Origin: an uncultured Arcobacter sp.
Lineage (GTDB): Bacteria > Campylobacterota > Campylobacteria > Campylobacterales > Arcobacteraceae
Reading direction: 5' to 3'
DNA: 64,000 nucleotides
Assembly (NCBI GenBank): GCA_965140705.1
Contig: OZ223300.1
Coordinates: 1,952,001 to 2,016,000, forward strand
The position numbers and the translations under genes are program-made. Positions within the stretch are counted from its first letter, which is position 1. Each line of letters starts with the position of its first letter. Shown in pieces: positions 60,128 to 64,000 of the stretch. The notes below the pieces were generated by a model that ran no database searches, was not told where the DNA came from, and saw only the letters and a program-made list of their open reading frames with translations.

Positions 60128-60218
60128 GTTAAGCTCCTAAAATAAATAATGTTATAGATTGTATTAGAAATATACTTTGAGATAATTTACAGTCATACTC
60201 TCTTTAATAGTTTTATAC

Positions 60219-60680
60219 TCTCTTGAAGAGGTAAACCTCTCCGCTTTCTTACTTTTTGATCTCGAAAAAGTAAGCAAAAAAGACTGCCGAATTGATGAAG
60301 GCAAAGCTACCTTCCAGTTAGATATTTATTTTCTGCCCTGTAAAACTCACTAAAATGACCATTTAGGTCATTTCTTAACGTTCGAACAGTTTCGGGCTTA
60401 ACCGAAAATAAACATCTAACTTCCAGCTTCATCAAAGGCAGAGAGAAACTCAGATGGTTCAAACTATCATTTGTAAATTTACTAAGTAAAAGTTTTAATA
60501 TAAAACAATTAAAAATATAAATGTCATTATTCCATCTTTATTCCAACATTTGCAAAAGCCGAATATTTATTTCTTTTTTCGGAAAGGAGTTACAACTATT
60601 TGAGTAAATAAATGAGGATACCCAAAGGGCTTTGATACGGTTGGTGGTTTTGTTTACTTTGTCCACACAAAGTAAGGAGA
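60219..60680. repeat. Large REP/REPIN-like structured element, copy B
   Basis: 60240-60445 is the reverse complement of 14976-15235 minus two inserts. 60541-60680 is a deleted, diverged reverse complement of the copy A left arm. Confidence 0.75.
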
Positions 60681-60691
60681 AAAACTTACAA

Positions 60692-61066
60692 TTATTTTAC
60701 AGTACAATGCCCATAATATTGAGAAGCTACTAATTCATTAAACATTACAGTATTTCTACTATGTACTGCATTACCATTATGAGTAATAGTTGTAGTCATT
60801 ACATTTTTTCCACCAGTTATTTCAATAAAAGACATTGATTTATCAAGTTTATTGTAAATTGGTATAACTTCACCTAATCCATTGTTTCCTTCCATGTATG
60901 CTTTTCCAGAAATAGTATCTAATTTAAATATTAAGTTAAAATTCTTAGATTGATGTAAACCATCATTTGAACTATATGTTGGAAATTTACACTCCCAAGT
61001 AAATACTTTATCACTTGCATTAACAATTATACTTAAAAATAAAATAATAAAAAAAACTTTTCTCAT
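60692..61066 (-). CDS. Hypothetical secreted protein
   Basis: Signal peptide, 124 aa, with a terminal Cys pair. Confidence 0.7.
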   Translation of the reverse strand: MRKVFFIILFLSIIVNASDKVFTWECKFPTYSSNDGLHQSKNFNLIFKLDTISGKAYMEGNNGLGEVIPIYNKLDKSMSFIEITGGKNVMTTTITHNGNAVHSRNTVMFNELVASQYYGHCTVK

Positions 61067-61286
61067 TTTTGCCTTTCATTAAAACTTTATAATATCTAAT
61101 ATATTATATAAATAAAACTTAAAAATATTAACTAAATTACTAAATATGTTTTTTTATTCATATTAAACAATTATCAAAAAAAATCACAAATTGCAATATT
61201 TTTAATCCCCTCTAACTTTTTATGCTAAAGTTCATAAAATTAAACAAAAATAATATAAAATCCCCTTGTGATAATAAGGAAGAAAT

Positions 61287-62636
61287 ATGGCTAAGAAAAA
61301 AACAACTCTTTTTGAGTGTCAGCATTGTGGAGAACAATCTACCAAATGGATGGGAAAATGTCCATCTTGTGGAGGTTGGGATAGTTTTGTTGAACTCAAT
61401 ACTGAACAACAAGAAGTATTAAAACAAACATCAAAAATAATAAACACCACATCAAAAGCAAAACCAATAACACAAATAGAACAAGACGACATAATCAGAT
61501 TTTCATCAAATAACCATGAATTTGATTTAGTCCTTGGTGGGGGTATAGTTCCGGGAAGTCTTACCCTTATTGGAGGAAGTCCGGGAGTTGGTAAGTCTAC
61601 ACTACTTTTAAAAGTTGCAGGAGACATTTCAAACTCTGGGAAAAAGGTACTTTATGTATCAGGAGAAGAGAGTGCTGGACAGATAAAACTTCGAGCAAAT
61701 AGACTTGGGGCAAATAGTGATAATCTTTATTTACTCTCTGAAATAAAACTTGAAGAGATACAAGAAGAGCTTTTGCGAAATCAGTATGAAGCAGTAGTAA
61801 TTGACTCTATTCAAACTATCTATTCTAGCTCGCTTACTTCAGCTCCCGGCTCTGTTTCACAAGTAAGAGAGATAACCTTTGAACTCATGAGGAAAGCAAA
61901 AGATTGCGATATCGCTATGTTTATCATTGGGCATATAACAAAAGATGGAAGTATCGCCGGACCTAGAGTTTTAGAACATATGGTTGATACAGTTTTATAT
62001 TTTGAGGGAGAATCATCAAAAGAACTTAGAATGCTAAGGGGCTTTAAAAATAGATTTGGAAGTACAAGTGAGATAGGTATTTTCGAGATGACAGCAGAAG
62101 GACTTATAAGTGCAAAAGATATAGCTTCTAAGTTTTTTGATAAAAGTAAACCACAAAGTGGTTCATCATTGACTGTGGTTATGGAAGGAAGCCGAGCACT
62201 TATTATTGAAGTTCAAGCTTTAGTTTGTGAAAGTACCTATCCAAACCCAAAAAGAAGTGCTACAGGATTTGATGTAAATAGATTAAATATGCTTTTAGCC
62301 CTACTAGAGAAAAAACTTGATTTACCCCTAAATCACTATGATGTATTTATTAATATAAGTGGTGGAATTAAGATAAAAGAGAGTTCTGCTGATTTGGCTG
62401 TGATTGCTTCTATTATTAGTTCATTTAGGGATAGACCTATTTCAAAAGAGTCAGTATTTATTGGTGAAGTTTCTTTAACTGGTGAGATAAAAGATGTCTA
62501 TTCTGTGGATATGAGATTAAAAGAAGCTAGTGCACAAGGTGTTACAAAAGCAATAGTTGCTTTAAAACCTAATATAAAAACCAATTTGAAAATCTTTCCT
62601 GTGGATGAAGTGGTAAAAATGATTGAGCTATTTTAA
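61287..62636 (+). CDS. radA: DNA repair protein RadA/Sms
   Basis: C4 zinc finger, GSPGVGKST, KNRFG and a Lon-like C-terminus. Confidence 0.97.
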   Translation: MAKKKTTLFECQHCGEQSTKWMGKCPSCGGWDSFVELNTEQQEVLKQTSKIINTTSKAKPITQIEQDDIIRFSSNNHEFDLVLGGGIVPGSLTLIGGSPGVGKSTLLLKVAGDISNSGKKVLYVSGEESAGQIKLRANRLGANSDNLYLLSEIKLEEIQEELLRNQYEAVVIDSIQTIYSSSLTSAPGSVSQVREITFELMRKAKDCDIAMFIIGHITKDGSIAGPRVLEHMVDTVLYFEGESSKELRMLRGFKNRFGSTSEIGIFEMTAEGLISAKDIASKFFDKSKPQSGSSLTVVMEGSRALIIEVQALVCESTYPNPKRSATGFDVNRLNMLLALLEKKLDLPLNHYDVFINISGGIKIKESSADLAVIASIISSFRDRPISKESVFIGEVSLTGEIKDVYSVDMRLKEASAQGVTKAIVALKPNIKTNLKIFPVDEVVKMIELF

Positions 62637-62650
62637 TAGCTCAAATCTTT

Positions 62651-63055
62651 TTACTTCCCTACTCTTTTATTAGCTCCACTCATAAGTCTATCTTTAGTAA
62701 CTATCGCTCTTGTATGAGTTCCTGTACCAATAACTCCCCCTGAATCAACAACTTCTAAACTAAATTTGTAAAGCTTCCCTTCCATACCTTCAAAAGTTGC
62801 AGTTGAAATTGCCACATCTCCACTTAAAGTTGGAGCTAGATGTTTTATATTTACTTCAACTCCTACTGATAATTGCCCCTCTTCTAAAAATGGTATTAAA
62901 ATTTTTGCAGCTGAACACTCCATAAGTGCTACCATTCTAGCTGTTGCAAATACTTCTGGAAAATTATCTTCAGATGAGATTTGTAAATTTTTTGCTAAAT
63001 CTTTATCTTCTACTTTAAATTCAATACTATCTTTTGTACCAATTTCTAATTCCAT
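62651..63055 (-). CDS. FlK-like hotdog thioesterase
   Basis: VFAT..MVALME, SVG..V.I.HLAPT and G.HTRAIV. Confidence 0.88.
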   Translation of the reverse strand: MELEIGTKDSIEFKVEDKDLAKNLQISSEDNFPEVFATARMVALMECSAAKILIPFLEEGQLSVGVEVNIKHLAPTLSGDVAISTATFEGMEGKLYKFSLEVVDSGGVIGTGTHTRAIVTKDRLMSGANKRVGK

Positions 63056-63172
63056 ATTTTAACTCCTTTGATTTTTTATATTTTATATTTTATTTACTTA
63101 AAGACAAAAAATGTCCTTTATTTACTAATTTACCTAATTTAGCTATAATCCGCCAAAAATAAATGGATAAAG

Positions 63173-63592
63173 ATGATTGACTTTGATAATCAAACAAAAA
63201 TTGATATAGATGTAAGTTCATTAGAAACAATAAAAAATGAACTTAGTTCAAAAGATATTGAACTAATACTTGTATACAATGATGAAATAAAAACTTTAAA
63301 CAAAGAGCACAGAAATATAGACAAAGCTACAGATGTACTTAGTTTCCCACTTGAATATGATATGCCAAATATGCCTTTAGGTTCTATTGTCATTTCTGTT
63401 GATTTTGTGGAAGAGAAAGCAAAAGAGTATAATCACAGCTTTTTAGATGAATTAACACTTCTTTTTATCCATGGTATGCTTCATTTATTGGGATATGATC
63501 ATGAAGTTGATAATGGGGAACATAGAAAAAAAGAAGAAGAGTTAATCAAAAAATACAATCTTCCAGATAGTTTAATTGTAAGGAATTCATAA
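63173..63592 (+). CDS. ybeY: rRNA maturation endoribonuclease
   Basis: TDVLSFP and HGMLHLLGYDH. Confidence 0.95.
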   Translation: MIDFDNQTKIDIDVSSLETIKNELSSKDIELILVYNDEIKTLNKEHRNIDKATDVLSFPLEYDMPNMPLGSIVISVDFVEEKAKEYNHSFLDELTLLFIHGMLHLLGYDHEVDNGEHRKKEEELIKKYNLPDSLIVRNS

Positions 63593-64000
63593 ATGGATAT
63601 TTTAATTTTTATTGTTTCAATGACAGCTTTAATTTTTGGAGCTGATTTTATAATACAACAAAGTGAAAAAATAGCACTTCATTATAATATCTCACCTTTT
63701 ATTATAGGAGCTACCTTAGTTGCAGTTGGTACTAGTTTACCTGAAATGGCTGTATCTATATCTGCTTCCTTAAAAGGAAGTCCTGACATTGCAGTTGCAA
63801 ATGTGATTGGAAGTACTATTTTTAATATTTCTTTAGTATTGGGCTCTGTATTTTTATTGGCTAAAAAAATAGTTCCAGATAGGGACCTTTTTGCTAAAGA
63901 TTCTGCTTGGTCATTATTTCCTATTTTTATTTTTATACTTATGAGTATAGATGGTAAATTAACATTTTTTGATGGTCTTTTATTCTTACTATTAATGTGT
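63593..64000 (+). CDS. Calcium/sodium antiporter (YrbG-like), 5' part
   Basis: Not in ORF track (truncated by the window edge). MDILIFIVSM...GATLVAVGTSLPEMAVS...ANVIGSTIFN alpha-repeat. Confidence 0.88.
   Translation, partial: MDILIFIVSMTALIFGADFIIQQSEKIALHYNISPFIIGATLVAVGTSLPEMAVSISASLKGSPDIAVANVIGSTIFNISLVLGSVFLLAKKIVPDRDLFAKDSAWSLFPIFIFILMSIDGKLTFFDGLLFLLLMC

Noticed and set aside
283..63393. Many short antisense or alternate-frame ORFs in the track (e.g. 283-507, 4075-4467, 20856-21107, 22116-22403, 39604-40035, 45926-46321, 54032-54379, 61319-61627)
   Set aside because: They are shadows of well-supported genes on the other strand or frame, with no RBS or recognisable motifs.

Overview
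AT-rich chromosomal window from a Campylobacterota bacterium, most like Arcobacteraceae (inferred from gene content and protein similarity). Most of it is housekeeping backbone: guaA, nhaD, nadB, an aminotransferase, ABC-F, yqeY, rsmD, rny, ftsY, tsdA, radA and ybeY. Three accessory regions stand out. (1) 1-3560, downstream of guaA: a decayed, tandemly stacked integron region. It has three attI-like GTTRRRY junctions each followed by one cassette gene, one full but mutated attC, one truncated attC and two tiny intI relics. The modules are separated by a 61-bp GGGGACAG...CTGTCCCC inverted-repeat element. (2) 19129-35605: a ~16.5-kb type V secretion island with TpsB, two paralogous TpsA (TPS/GLUG/MBG) proteins and an autotransporter. 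It also carries a TIGR03032-TPR protein, APS kinase CysC, a lipoprotein hydrolase and a 7TM-DISM kinase/OmpR-type regulator pair. Four promoters share an exact TAAC(G/A)-N7-TAACG-N9-TAWAAT architecture, three 5'UTRs fold into hairpins, and three exported proteins share an RFRILKGGKISL signal-peptide motif. This is a candidate regulated system for sulfating secreted adhesins. (3) 55.5-60.7 kb: carbohydrate-active genes (aldose epimerase, Asp-box propeller, PL7-like lyase) and LysE genes in a rearranged segment with local duplications. A large structured, covarying REP-like repeat family occurs at 14.7-15.3 kb, 59.4 kb and 60.2-60.7 kb. No rRNA, tRNA or CRISPR array was seen. All calls are from reading the sequence; no database searches were run.
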